Origin: Rhodocyclaceae bacterium
Lineage (GTDB): Bacteria; Pseudomonadota; Gammaproteobacteria; Burkholderiales; Rhodocyclaceae
DNA: 64,000 bases
Assembly: GCA_030824275.1 (NCBI GenBank)
Contig: JAVBXY010000016.1
Span: forward strand, 115,807 to 179,806
Reading direction: 5' to 3'
Shown here piece by piece: positions 1-9,230 of the stretch; position 1 is the stretch's first letter; every line of letters begins with the position of its first letter. Below the pieces are notes generated by a model. That model was not told the DNA's origin and ran no database searches. It saw only the letters and a list, made by a program, of their open reading frames with translations. The position numbers and the translations under genes were made by a program.

Positions 1-54
1 GCTGATGCGGAAGCCATCGATGACCTCGTCTCCCTCGACACGCTGACGGCCGAG

Positions 55-738
55 ATGGATTCGACGCGGCGTCACACCTTGCAACTTCTGGAACGGGCGC
101 GGCAGTCGCCGGCCTTCCGCCGTGTGCCGCTGGAGTGTGTCGAACAGGCCCTCGACCGCATGGCCCACGAAACGGTCACGACCGGCACCGAAGTCATCCT
201 CCAGGGTGAACCGGGCGAACTCTTTTACGTCATCGCCCATGGCCGCGCCGAGGTCTGGCAAACCGGGCTCTATGACGATGCCGCGCAACTGGTGGCCGAA
301 CTCGGCCCCGGCGACGCCTTCGGGGAGGAGGCGCTGGTCACCAACAGCACCCGTAGCGCAACGGTACGCATGATCACCGACGGCGAACTGCTGACCCTGG
401 GCAAGGAGGACTACCAGGCGCTGATCTCGCAGCAGATGGTGGACGAGGTCGGCCCGGCGGTCGCCAAAACCATGCTCGACGAGGGCTACAAACTTCTCGA
501 CGTGCGCTATGCCGAGGAACATGAGGACAGCCACATCCCCGACTCGCAGCTGATCCCGCTGCCGGAGCTGCGGACCCGCATGGCGGAGCTCGACCGGGGC
601 CGACGCTGGGTGGTCTATTGCCGCAGCGGTCGACGCAGCGCCGTGGCCGCCTTGCTGCTGCGCCAGGCCGGCATCGCCGCTGTCTCGCTGGCTGGTGGCA
701 TCAACGCCTGGCCCCACGAGATTCGCCAGGCCGCCTGA
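55..738 (+). CDS. cyclic-nucleotide-binding domain / rhodanese domain fusion protein (possibly 5'-truncated by window edge)
   Basis: cNMP-binding barrel motifs (GELFYVIAHG, FGEEALV..RSATV) followed by rhodanese active-site loop VVYCRSGRRS. Frame 1 is open back to base 1, so the start may lie upstream of the window. Confidence 0.75.
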   Translation: MDSTRRHTLQLLERARQSPAFRRVPLECVEQALDRMAHETVTTGTEVILQGEPGELFYVIAHGRAEVWQTGLYDDAAQLVAELGPGDAFGEEALVTNSTRSATVRMITDGELLTLGKEDYQALISQQMVDEVGPAVAKTMLDEGYKLLDVRYAEEHEDSHIPDSQLIPLPELRTRMAELDRGRRWVVYCRSGRRSAVAALLLRQAGIAAVSLAGGINAWPHEIRQAA

Positions 739-753
739 GCGCGGCAGCCGACA

Positions 754-779
754 AAAAGTCGGCGCTGGTAACACGGGGA
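754..779 (+). repeat. copy of dispersed motif AAAGTCGGCGCTGG-N-ACGG(C/G)G
   Basis: AAAAGTCGGCGCTGGTAACACGGGGA, 16 nt after the stop at 738. Its first half also pairs with upstream GCCGAC (GCCGAC-AAAAA-GTCGGC). Confidence 0.85.
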
Positions 780-830
780 GGCCGTCAGGCCGGGGGTGGC
801 CCGCAGAGGCTACGGCAACTTGCGGAAAAC

Positions 831-2153
831 TCAGCCGTTCGCGCGACGCAAGATGGTTTCGCGCACCAGTTCGATATGCCCACGCAGGGTGTAGAGCATG
901 TCGGAGAAGGTCAGCGGCGTGCGTATCTTGTTGGCATCGGCGGCGATGGCGTCCAGCCGCGCCAGCCATTCCGCGCGGCTGTGTTTTCCCGGGTTCTCCT
1001 CGATCTCGCTCTCGAGAAACTTGAGTTCGCCATAGCGCCGGTATATGCGCGAACGCACACGCCAGCCGTAGAGGCTGGGCGCGAACTTGAACAGCGGGAA
1101 AAGCACGGCAAGGATCGGCACCAGCATCACCACCATGCGATCCACCAGGGTCGCGGCCCAGAAGGGCAGATAGCGCTGAAGGAAGGGCTTGCCCGACTTG
1201 TAATAACGCTCCGCCTCCTTCGACAGCGGGAACTCGCTGTGGCCGGCGCGGGGAAACTCGTCGGGCTTCTGGAACACACCGGGGGCGCCATGCACCTCAC
1301 CGGCCGCCTGCATCAGCAGATCGATCAGCGCCGGATGCGTGTCCTCGCGCACCAGCAACGAGGCCATCGGCGACACCAGTTGCGTGTCCCGTGACGGGAT
1401 GTCGCGCACCATGTCGATGGCACCGCGCGGCAGCACGAGGCGGGCCAGATGGGGCAAGCGTCGCGCGTAGGCCTCGGCGTGGCTCAGGCTCATCAGCTTC
1501 ACGCCCGGCGTGTAGAGCAGCGCCCAGACCAGCGAGGACTGGGTCGGGCCGACGACGAAGACCGCATCCAATTCGCCGGACTGCAACTTGGCGGCGAGAC
1601 CGAAACCGCCCTCCTCGACCAGTCGCGTGTTCTTCGCATCGATGCCATTGGCAGCGAGCAGTTCCATCGCCAGGTATTGGGTGCCGCTGCCGGGACCGCC
1701 GACAGCAATGCGATGGCCCTTGAGATCGAGCACCTGTTCCGTGTTCTTGAACACCGTCTCGCGATAAAAAATCCACAGCGGCTCGTAATACAGATCGCCG
1801 AGGGACACCAGGCTATCGTTCTCGGCGATCCGCGCCGTGCCGCCCTGAATGAAGCCGACATCGATATCGACCGCCGCATCACGCAGGCGTTGCAGGTTTT
1901 CCGTGGCGCCCGCCGAGGGCTTGCCCACCAGTTCGATGCCGTAGCGGGCCAGCACTTCCTTGTATTGGATGGCGAAGCGCTGGTAGGCGCCGCCCTCGCC
2001 GCCGGTGCTGATCACCAGACGGTTCGGCGGCGCCGGCTTGATGAACTGGGCCGCGCCCCAGAAGGCGAGGCCAACGACCAGCAACAGGGGCAGCGCGACG
2101 AAGAACAGGTCGTGCCAGGAAAGTTGGCGGAGTTTTTCAGGCATGGGCCGCAT
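831..2153 (-). CDS. TAXI-family TRAP transporter solute receptor with C-terminal membrane segment
   Basis: N-terminal TM/signal segment, then LVISTGGEGGAYQRFA, typical of TAXI receptors as I recall them. Hydrophobic helices near the C-terminus. Overlapping ORFs are shadow frames. Confidence 0.7.
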   Translation of the reverse strand: MRPMPEKLRQLSWHDLFFVALPLLLVVGLAFWGAAQFIKPAPPNRLVISTGGEGGAYQRFAIQYKEVLARYGIELVGKPSAGATENLQRLRDAAVDIDVGFIQGGTARIAENDSLVSLGDLYYEPLWIFYRETVFKNTEQVLDLKGHRIAVGGPGSGTQYLAMELLAANGIDAKNTRLVEEGGFGLAAKLQSGELDAVFVVGPTQSSLVWALLYTPGVKLMSLSHAEAYARRLPHLARLVLPRGAIDMVRDIPSRDTQLVSPMASLLVREDTHPALIDLLMQAAGEVHGAPGVFQKPDEFPRAGHSEFPLSKEAERYYKSGKPFLQRYLPFWAATLVDRMVVMLVPILAVLFPLFKFAPSLYGWRVRSRIYRRYGELKFLESEIEENPGKHSRAEWLARLDAIAADANKIRTPLTFSDMLYTLRGHIELVRETILRRANG

Positions 2154-2183
2154 TATAGGCAGCGGCCCATGCCTGACAGATTT

Positions 2184-3503
2184 TCAAGCCTCGCTGGCCG
2201 GCGTCCAGTAGCCGTAGTCGTTGCCGCTCTTCTTGGCGATGGCCTTCATGTCGGCACGGATCGCGTCGGTACCGAGGCGGGCCGCGTAGTACATGGGGCC
2301 GCCCAGGTTGCGGGGAAAGCAGTAGCCGTAGGTCCAGATCAGGTCGATGTCGCTGGCGCGGCGGGCGATGCCCTCGCGCAGCAACTGCCAGCCCTCGTTC
2401 ACCAGCGGCAGTACGCAACGGCGAACGATCTCGGCATCGCCGATCTTGCGGCGGCGGGTGATGCCGTGCTTGGCGGCAAGGTCCACGGCGACTTGCCGGA
2501 CGGCCTCGTCGGGTACGGGACGGCGGGCTTCGTAGCGGTAGTGCCCGGACCCGTTCTTCTGCCCCAGGCGCCCCATGGCGTGGAGCTTGCGGCTTACCGC
2601 GACATGGGCCGGATGATCCTCGACCAGCAACATGCGCCTGCGCTCACTGGTGACGCGGCAGATGTTGTCGAGGCCGATCAGGTCCAGCATGCGGCAGGGG
2701 CCGATGGCAAAACCGAAGTCCTCCATGGCCCGGTCCACCTGCTCCGGGCTGGCACCTTCGAGCAACAGGAAGTCCGCCTCGCGCAGCATGGTCATCACCA
2801 TGCGCGCACCGACGAAGCCGGGGCCGACCCGGCTCAGCACGGGAATGCGACGGATGTGACAGGCCACCTGCTTGGCGACGAACAGCGCCTGGTCGCTGGT
2901 GGCCGCGCCGCGTACCACCTCGACCAGCGGCTGGACGTGGGCCGGCGTCAGGAAGTGCATGCCCACCACGTCCTTGGCCCGGCCGGTGGCGCGGGCCAGG
3001 GCGTCGAGGTCGAGGTAGGAGGTATTGGTCGCGATCACGGCGGAAGGCTTGCAGGCGCGACCAAGCTGGTTCATCACCTCGCACTTGAGCTTGAAGTTCT
3101 CGTACACCGCCTCGATGGCCCAGTCCACGGAGGCGAAGTCGCGCCAGGCCAGCGTGGGCCGCAGGCGCGCCATCATCTGCTCGATGTCCGGCGCCATCAG
3201 GCGGCCCTTGCGCCGCGCCGACTCCAGTGCGTCACGCACCCGCTGCACGCCGGCATCCAGAATGCTTGCAGTCCGATCCAGCAACACGACGGGAATGCCG
3301 GCGTTGAGGAAGCTGATGGCGATGCCGACGCCCATGGTGCCGGCCCCGACGATGCCCACGGACTCCAGGCGGAAGGGATAGGCCTGGCCCGGCCATTCCG
3401 GCCCGCTGCCCGCGTCGAGAACGGCCTGGCGCAGGTAGGCAGCCGCCTCGCGGCCCGCGTCCGGCACCGCGCCGAGGATATGGCTCTTTTCCGGCGCGCT
3501 CAT
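2184..3503 (-). CDS. 3-hydroxyacyl-CoA dehydrogenase
   Basis: NAD Rossmann motif GIVGAGTMGVGIA near the N-terminus and a 3HCDH-type C-terminal domain. Start overlaps the stop of the upstream acyl-CoA dehydrogenase gene by 1 nt. Confidence 0.85.
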   Translation of the reverse strand: MSAPEKSHILGAVPDAGREAAAYLRQAVLDAGSGPEWPGQAYPFRLESVGIVGAGTMGVGIAISFLNAGIPVVLLDRTASILDAGVQRVRDALESARRKGRLMAPDIEQMMARLRPTLAWRDFASVDWAIEAVYENFKLKCEVMNQLGRACKPSAVIATNTSYLDLDALARATGRAKDVVGMHFLTPAHVQPLVEVVRGAATSDQALFVAKQVACHIRRIPVLSRVGPGFVGARMVMTMLREADFLLLEGASPEQVDRAMEDFGFAIGPCRMLDLIGLDNICRVTSERRRMLLVEDHPAHVAVSRKLHAMGRLGQKNGSGHYRYEARRPVPDEAVRQVAVDLAAKHGITRRRKIGDAEIVRRCVLPLVNEGWQLLREGIARRASDIDLIWTYGYCFPRNLGGPMYYAARLGTDAIRADMKAIAKKSGNDYGYWTPASEA

Positions 3504-4762
3504 CAGCAGCCCCGTGTGATCGGGCTGACATTACCGGCGGGCAGACCGCTGTGACGCGCGATCTCCAGCTTGGCAATGGCATTGCGATGCACCTCGTCCG
3601 GGCCGTCGGCCAGGCGCAGCGTGCGCTGGTGGGCGTACATCGAGGCCAGCGGGAAATCGCTGGAGACGCCGGCGGCGCCGTGCATCTGGATCGCCATGTC
3701 GATTACCTTGCAGGCCACGTTGGGCGCCACCACCTTGATCATCGCGATCTCGCCCTGAGCTACCTTGTTGCCCACGGTGTCCATCATGTAGGCGGCCTTC
3801 AAAGTCAGCAAACGAGCCTGTTCGATCATCATGCGTGCCTCGGCGATACGCTCGCGGGTTACGCCCTGGTCGGAGAGCGGCTTGCCAAAGGCGACGCGGG
3901 CCAGCGAACGCTTGACCATGTATTCCAGCGCCCGCTCGGCGGCGCCGATACTGCGCATGCAGTGGTGGATGCGGCCCGGACCGAGGCGGCCCTGGGCGAT
4001 CTCGAAACCGCGCCCCTCGCCAAGCAGGATGCTGGAGGCCGGCACGCGCACGTCCTTGAGTTCGATTTCCATGTGGCCGTGGGGCGCGTCGTCGTAGCCG
4101 AAGACCGGCAAATGCCGCAGCACCTTGACGCCCTTGGTCTCCGCCGGCACCAGGATCATCGACTGCTGGCTGTGACGCGGATTGTCCGGGTTGGTCTTGC
4201 CCATCAGGATGTAGATCTTGCAACGCGGATCGCCGGCACCGGAGGACCACCACTTGGTGCCGTTGATCACGTAATCATTGCCGTCGCGGACGATGGCGCA
4301 CTGGATGTTGGTCGCATCGGACGAAGCCACCGCCGGCTCGGTCATCAGGAAGGCGGAACGGATCTCGCCCTTGAGCAGCGGCTCCAGCCACTGGTCTTTC
4401 TGCGCCTCGCTACCGTAGCGCTCGATGGTTTCCATGTTGCCGGTGTCCGGCGCGCCACAGTTGAACACTTCCGGCGCCCAATGCACGCGGCCCATGATCT
4501 CGCACAGCGGCGCGTATTCCAGATTCGACAGCCCCTCGGGCGCCCGCTTCGATTGGGGCAGGAACAGGTTCCACAGGCCGGCGGCGCGCGCCTTGGGCTT
4601 CAGCTCCTCGATCAGCGTCGACGCGATCCAGGCATTGCCAGCACGGCGATTGGTGTCGATCTCCTCGTGGAAGCGGTGCTCGTTCGGGTAAATGTGCTGA
4701 TCCATGAAGGCCAGCAGGCGGGCCTGCATTTCCTTGACCTTGGGGGTGTAATCGAAATTCAT
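3503..4762 (-). CDS. acyl-CoA dehydrogenase
   Basis: 419 aa with ACAD-type N, middle and C domains ([12 protein letters not shown], ..[10 protein letters not shown]..). Confidence 0.9.
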   Translation of the reverse strand: MNFDYTPKVKEMQARLLAFMDQHIYPNEHRFHEEIDTNRRAGNAWIASTLIEELKPKARAAGLWNLFLPQSKRAPEGLSNLEYAPLCEIMGRVHWAPEVFNCGAPDTGNMETIERYGSEAQKDQWLEPLLKGEIRSAFLMTEPAVASSDATNIQCAIVRDGNDYVINGTKWWSSGAGDPRCKIYILMGKTNPDNPRHSQQSMILVPAETKGVKVLRHLPVFGYDDAPHGHMEIELKDVRVPASSILLGEGRGFEIAQGRLGPGRIHHCMRSIGAAERALEYMVKRSLARVAFGKPLSDQGVTRERIAEARMMIEQARLLTLKAAYMMDTVGNKVAQGEIAMIKVVAPNVACKVIDMAIQMHGAAGVSSDFPLASMYAHQRTLRLADGPDEVHRNAIAKLEIARHSGLPAGNVSPITRGC

Positions 4763-4835
4763 GCTGTCCTCCTTTATTGGTATGGCGCAACTTTAGGGCC
4801 TCGCCTACAATTTGCACAGTGCAATGTTTTGATGG

Positions 4836-5756
4836 ATGCCCATTCGTCCCATGCATATATCGCGGATCGACCTCAACCTCTTCGTGGTCTTCGACACCGT
4901 CTTCACCGAAGGCGGCATCACGGCGGCCAGCCACAAGCTGAACCTGTCGCAGCCGGCCGTCAGCCATGCCCTGGCGCGGCTGCGCACCCTGCTCGGCGAC
5001 TCGCTGTTCGAACGCCACGGCCGCAGCATGGTGCCGACGCCGCTGGCCCGCTCCATCGCCGGCCAGGTGCGCGCCGCCCTGCGCAACATGGAAGGTACGC
5101 TGCACGAAGCCATGCGCTTCGATCCGGCCACCAGCGACCGCCGCTTCACCCTGGCCTTCCGCGACGTGCTGGAACTGATCCTGGTGCCGCCGCTGATGAA
5201 GGCCATGAGCCAACGCGCTCCCGGCGTCGAGATCGCCGCCGCGCGCATGGATCGCCGTAGCCTGGAGTCCGACTTATTCACCGGCATCGTCGATATCGGC
5301 ATCGACGTATTGCTGCCGGTTTCGCAGGAAATCCGTCGCGAGCAGGTGCTGGCCGAACCCATGGTGGTGGTGGCGCGCAAGGGACACCCCGCCCTCGCCG
5401 GGAAGTTCGACCTCAAGGCCTACCTGGCCCAGGAACACATCCAGATTTCATCCCGCCGGCGCGGCCCGGGCCTGGAAGACATGGAACTCGCCCGCATCGG
5501 CGTCTCGCGCCATATCCGCCTGCGCTGCCAGCACTACGGCACCGCCTGCCGCACGGTGAGCATGACCGACCTGCTGGCGACCATGCCGGCGCGCTACGCC
5601 AAAGTGGTGAACAAACCCTATGGCAACCAGATCGTGCCGCTGCCGCTGAAGGGCACGCAACTGGAGCTTTACCTCTACTGGCATGAAAACGCCGAGCGCG
5701 ACCCGGCCGGGGTCTGGCTGCGGGAGATGCTCAAGGACGTGATCGGGCGCTCCTGA
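4836..5756 (+). CDS. LysR-family transcriptional regulator
   Basis: N-terminal wHTH (IDLNLFVVFDTVFTEGGITAASHKLNLSQPAVSHALARLR) plus a LysR substrate-binding domain of typical length. Confidence 0.9.
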   Translation: MPIRPMHISRIDLNLFVVFDTVFTEGGITAASHKLNLSQPAVSHALARLRTLLGDSLFERHGRSMVPTPLARSIAGQVRAALRNMEGTLHEAMRFDPATSDRRFTLAFRDVLELILVPPLMKAMSQRAPGVEIAAARMDRRSLESDLFTGIVDIGIDVLLPVSQEIRREQVLAEPMVVVARKGHPALAGKFDLKAYLAQEHIQISSRRRGPGLEDMELARIGVSRHIRLRCQHYGTACRTVSMTDLLATMPARYAKVVNKPYGNQIVPLPLKGTQLELYLYWHENAERDPAGVWLREMLKDVIGRS

Positions 5757-6701
5757 TCAGGGCGCCGCGTGTGGCTGGCACAGCAAGGCGCTGCACACAT
5801 CGCGCACCACTGCGGCTGTAGCGAAATGCAAATCCTTGTACGGGTTGTACTCGACGATTTCCAGCGCCAGTAAATGCGGATCGCCGCTCAAAGCGCCGAA
5901 GGCACGGGTGACCTCGTCCCGCGTCAGTCCGTCGGCCGCCGGCGTGCCGACGCCAGCGGCCTCCCGTGGATCGAAGGCATCCAGATCGATGCTGATGCCG
6001 TAGCCGGCCGTCGCCGCACCGACATGCTGCCGCGCCTCTTCCAGCACCGCATCCATGCCTCGTCGATGCACCTCGTCCATAAAATAGACCCGAACGCCGA
6101 GCGTGCGCAGCAGCGCCGCCTCGCTCCACTCGAAACTGCGCACGCCGATCAGGCAGACGTCCTCGGGGTGCAGCTTGGGGCCGACGCCGCCGATCTCCGT
6201 CAGTTGCGGCTCGCCACGTCCGAGCAGGCAAGCCAGCGGCATGCCGTGCAGGTTGTGGCTGGGACTGGTGCGCGGCGTATGGCTGTCCATGTGCGCATCC
6301 ACCCAGATCAGACCCAGACGGGCATCCGCCCCAACTGTGGATTGGAGATGGGCATGTACGCCGGACCAGGTGCCGATGGCGCAGGAATGGTCACCGCCGA
6401 TGACCAGCGGAAAATCCCCGGCAGCCAGGTGGCCGGCGACGGCCTGCGCCACCCGCCGCGCGACATCGCGCACCACGAGCAGCGGCTCGACGCCAGACGA
6501 AAAGAGCGGATGAATGATGTCGTCCCAATGAAAACTGCCGCCGCAATTCTCCAGGTCGCGAAGTATCTCCATAGTGCGCAGAACCTCGGGGCCGTCCTGG
6601 CATTCCCTGTCGCCGGCGCCATAGCCGCTGGCAACGCCGACTACCGCCGTCTTGCGCGGGAGCATGTGCAGATATCCGGGTTCGTGCAGTGCATCGGTCA
6701 T
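5757..6701 (-). CDS. arginase/agmatinase/formiminoglutamase-family ureohydrolase
   Basis: Mn-binding motifs GGDHS, VDAHMDSH and SIDLDAFDP. Confidence 0.8.
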   Translation of the reverse strand: MTDALHEPGYLHMLPRKTAVVGVASGYGAGDRECQDGPEVLRTMEILRDLENCGGSFHWDDIIHPLFSSGVEPLLVVRDVARRVAQAVAGHLAAGDFPLVIGGDHSCAIGTWSGVHAHLQSTVGADARLGLIWVDAHMDSHTPRTSPSHNLHGMPLACLLGRGEPQLTEIGGVGPKLHPEDVCLIGVRSFEWSEAALLRTLGVRVYFMDEVHRRGMDAVLEEARQHVGAATAGYGISIDLDAFDPREAAGVGTPAADGLTRDEVTRAFGALSGDPHLLALEIVEYNPYKDLHFATAAVVRDVCSALLCQPHAAP

Positions 6702-6840
6702 ATCCTAAACGGACCATGTTTCACGACAGTGTCGGGACAATGCATGCCGTCAATCCGGCCATGCGGGCGACAAGGGCAGGGAAAGGCTATCCGCAATTGC
6801 GCAGCAAGCCAAGCCGGCAAGGGATTTGATAGGCTTCGGT

Positions 6841-7494
6841 ATGTGCTCCAACTACCAACCGCCTCTGCCCGAATCCCTGGCCGCCTTCGGCTTTCCCGAT
6901 CCGGGATTCGACTACAGCGAATGCTATCCGGCGTCCACCGCGCCCTTCCTCGCCACACTGAAACCTGATCGCTGGCTTCCCGGCACCTTCGGCCTCATGC
7001 CGCAATGGGCGGACCCCAAGCTGGCCAGGATGACCTACAACGCGCGAGTCGAAACCCTGGCCGAAAAACCCAGCTTCCGGTCCGCCTGGCGCAATCGCCA
7101 GCTCTGCGTGATTCCCGTTCAGGCCATCTACGAACCCGGCTACGAAACCGGCAAAGCCGTGCGCTGGCGCATCGAAAGGAGCGACGGCAAACCGTTCGGC
7201 CTCGCAGGAATATGGGAATCCCGCAGCCAGGAAAACGGCGCCCCCTGGTGGTCATTCAGCATGCTGACCATCAATGCGGACGCGCATCCCCTGATGCAAA
7301 AATTCCACAAACCCGCCGACGAGAAGCGCTCCGTCGTCGTCCTCGCCGATGACGCCTGGCAAGCCTGGCTGGGCTCGAAGCAGACAGAGGACGTCCGGGA
7401 ATTCCTGCAACCGTTCAGCGCGGAAGACTTTCGAGCCGACGCTGATCCGGTACGCAAAGGGAAGACTTTGCCGAGCACGCTGAGCTTGTTTTAA
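6841..7494 (+). CDS. SOS-response-associated peptidase (SRAP/YedK family)
   Basis: The family needs catalytic Cys2. The ATG at 6841 gives MCSNYQP, whereas the track ORF starts 15 nt earlier at a TTG. NARVET and other SRAP motifs are present. Confidence 0.85.
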   Translation: MCSNYQPPLPESLAAFGFPDPGFDYSECYPASTAPFLATLKPDRWLPGTFGLMPQWADPKLARMTYNARVETLAEKPSFRSAWRNRQLCVIPVQAIYEPGYETGKAVRWRIERSDGKPFGLAGIWESRSQENGAPWWSFSMLTINADAHPLMQKFHKPADEKRSVVVLADDAWQAWLGSKQTEDVREFLQPFSAEDFRADADPVRKGKTLPSTLSLF

Positions 7495-7645
7495 TCGGCG
7501 GGATGGGAGGTCGCGGGTTGTTATAAGTGTCGGATTCTGGGCTGAAGCTGCCGCTAAGTGTTACTACTGATGACATCCGCCTTCGGCCAGAAGCTGCCCT
7601 TCGGGCTGGGACCCGAAAGCGGCCACTCATAGCCACAATCCTGAT

Positions 7646-7676
7646 TTGACAGTTATCCACAGGCGTCCGGTATATT
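7646..7676 (+). promoter_or_regulatory. candidate sigma70-type promoter facing the cassette genes
   Basis: Perfect -35 TTGACA (7646-7651) and TATATT (7671-7676). The 19-nt spacing is at the long end, and no TSS data are available. Confidence 0.35.
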
Positions 7677-7808
7677 GGAGTTGTTATACTGACCGCATAA
7701 ATACCAAGTGACTGAAAGTCATGGACAAAAACTGCCGAATTCCGCGTCATCAATATCAATTGTTATACGGACCCCAGGGTCCGTGTAAACACTGTTAGCG
7801 AGCATCCT

Positions 7809-8081
7809 ATGAACTTCGGGGTCATCGGCCTTATTTGCTTGGCTAGTGCGTTAATCGCGTTCTTTTCCGGCCGCTTCTCATGGGGTTTCTTGGCGCCATT
7901 TATTGGAGCTGCGTTATTTCTGCTATCGGACAAGCCAACTGAACACTATGGCTTTGCATTAGGTGTCTTAGCTATGGCAGCAGTGCCGTTGGGCATCATT
8001 GCTCTGGTTGGGGCATCAATTGGTTTCGCTCTTTCTCCGTGGAAAAAGAGTAGCAAGAAAAATGAAATCAGCACGCCTTAA
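7809..8081 (+). CDS. small hydrophobic membrane protein (cassette ORF), function unknown
   Basis: 90 aa with about three hydrophobic helices and a lysine-rich tail. It sits between the two core sites. Confidence 0.5.
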   Translation: MNFGVIGLICLASALIAFFSGRFSWGFLAPFIGAALFLLSDKPTEHYGFALGVLAMAAVPLGIIALVGASIGFALSPWKKSSKKNEISTP

Positions 8082-8084
8082 TTT

Positions 8085-8153
8085 CGCTAACCCGCCAGTC
8101 GAGAGGGACGCTTCGCAGCATAGCCGCTCGCGCCCCTCACTTTTACGTTAGGC
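8085..8153 (+). other. attC-like site 1
   Basis: 69 nt. Begins CGCTAAC 4 nt after the stop codon and ends GTTAGGC. Internal imperfect pairing GAGGG-a-CGC / GCG-c-CCCTC. Confidence 0.4.
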
Positions 8154-8168
8154 ATCTACCAAACACCT

Positions 8169-8930
8169 ATGGAAACTGAAAGGATGGCCTGGGCCGATCG
8201 GGCGGAAGCATCGGGATACCTTCCGCACATCCGGGCGATAGCACAGAACTCCACGGTTCCCATCTGGTGGTCGCGCTCCTCGTCGCCAATCGGCAGTGCT
8301 GTACTCCATAACGGAACTGCCACTTTTGTTCATACCGGCAATAGGACGATCTGTGTTACTGCTGGCCACGTGTTCGAGAAGTACCGCGCGCAAAAGAAGG
8401 AGTTCGCGGATTTTGAGTGCCAGGTCGGAAGTGTTCGAATCGAACTCGAAGACTATCTGGTCGACTACAGCAGTAGCCTAGATCTCGCAACTTTCGAACT
8501 GCCCCCGGTTCTTTTGGCTGCCTCTCGAGCTTCTGCTCATGGAGCGCAAAAATGGCCACCAACCGCCGTCGCAGAATAGGACATTGTCATACTTGGCGGA
8601 TATCCGGGTCTTCTTCGCATCGAAGAGAGTGGGCGACTCGGAACACCATTCGTGTCATTTCTAGCTCCAATCGCACAGGTGTCCTCGGATCATTCAGCCA
8701 TCCAACTGAATCTCGAAGATTCGTATTGGCCCGATGGTTCTGGTGGGCTTGCTCCCGCATCTGAGCTTGGAGGCATGAGCGGTGGACCGCTATTTCGCTA
8801 TCGGACTGAGCCTGTGGAATATTTCGAACTCGTGGGATTCATCTATGAGGCGAGTACTTCATACGGAATCATCTTCGCGAGGCACGCCTCATGCATCGAC
8901 GACTCTGGCCGAATCGCGGCCGATGCCTAA
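8169..8930 (+). pseudogene. trypsin-like serine protease interrupted by one in-frame TAG (8577-8579)
   Basis: Track ORFs 8169-8579 and 8652-8930 are in the same frame, and that frame is open from 8580. Triad candidates are His in VTAGHV, Asp in SLDLAT and Ser in GGMSGGPLF. DIVILGGYPG immediately follows the stop. Confidence 0.7.
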
Positions 8931-8982
8931 CCCGTCATTGCAGCGGACTGCCTTCGGCAGCCGCTGAACTCCAACGTTCCTG
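8925..8982 (+). other. attC-like site 2
   Basis: 58 nt. GCCTAAC overlaps the stop codon. A 13-bp stem TT(G)CAGCGG(A)CTGCC / GGCAGCCGCTGAA has two bulged bases on the 5' arm. The site ends CAAC-GTT. Confidence 0.5.
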
Positions 8983-9124
8983 AGTGTCCGCATTCGCTAG
9001 CGGGTTACTTCCGCTATGGGTCGGGAGCAGCCGCTTGATTGGTCTTAACTAGACGGCCGCTTTGGTCGAGGACAGCCCCTATCCTTTGCCCTAACACAAG
9101 CACTACAGCTTGCTGTCTCTAGGA

Positions 9125-9150
9125 TCGCCGTACCACCAGCGCCGACTTTT
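9125..9150 (-). repeat. copy of dispersed motif
   Basis: Reverse complement reads AAAAGTCGGCGCTGGTGGTACGGCGA. About 80 nt downstream of the LysR gene stop, in sense orientation. Confidence 0.85.
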
Positions 9151-9230
9151 CCTGTCTCCTTGCCTGCTCCACGATTCTCGATGCCCAGATATGAGGCCTC
9201 GGCTAGAAGGTCCGCCACACAAAGCTTCGC

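Larger units (their letters stand above)
7794..8982 (+). mobile_element. two integron-type gene cassettes without an integrase in the window (CALIN-like)
   Basis: Cassette 1 starts G|TTAGCG (7794-7800) and its 3' site begins with the exact complement CGCTAAC (8085-8091). Cassette 2 starts G|TTAGGC (8147-8153) and its 3' site begins GCCTAAC (8925-8931). The region has visibly lower GC than its flanks. Confidence 0.55.

Noticed and set aside
1449-3554. 701-aa plus-strand ORF spanning the TAXI and 3-hydroxyacyl-CoA dehydrogenase loci
   Set aside because: It lies antisense to two genes with clear family motifs. Its Ala/Gly/Arg/Asp-rich low-complexity translation is typical of GC-rich shadow frames.
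7555-7625. GC-rich stem-like stretch (GCTGCCCTTCGGGCTGGGACCCGAAAGCGGCC) checked as a possible tRNA or small RNA
   Set aside because: No cloverleaf, anticodon arm or T-loop (GTTCRANNC) could be drawn. It has only local hairpin potential.
7517-7768. Three copies of (G/A)TTGTTATA (7517, 7680, 7759) considered as further cassette core sites
   Set aside because: They do not fit GTTRRRY and have no complementary inverse cores, so the cassette rule fails. They are left as an unexplained short direct repeat.
7767-7800. Hairpin ACGGACCC-ca-GGGTCCGT ending at the first core site, considered as a third (upstream) attC
   Set aside because: No RYYYAAC inverse core lies at a suitable distance upstream, so the left boundary cannot be supported. 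It may be a degenerate site or attI-like remnant.
8983-9124. Possible third cassette after attC-like site 2
   Set aside because: The expected inverse core CAGGAAC, complementary to G|TTCCTG, is absent and no ORF is present. The array appears to end here.
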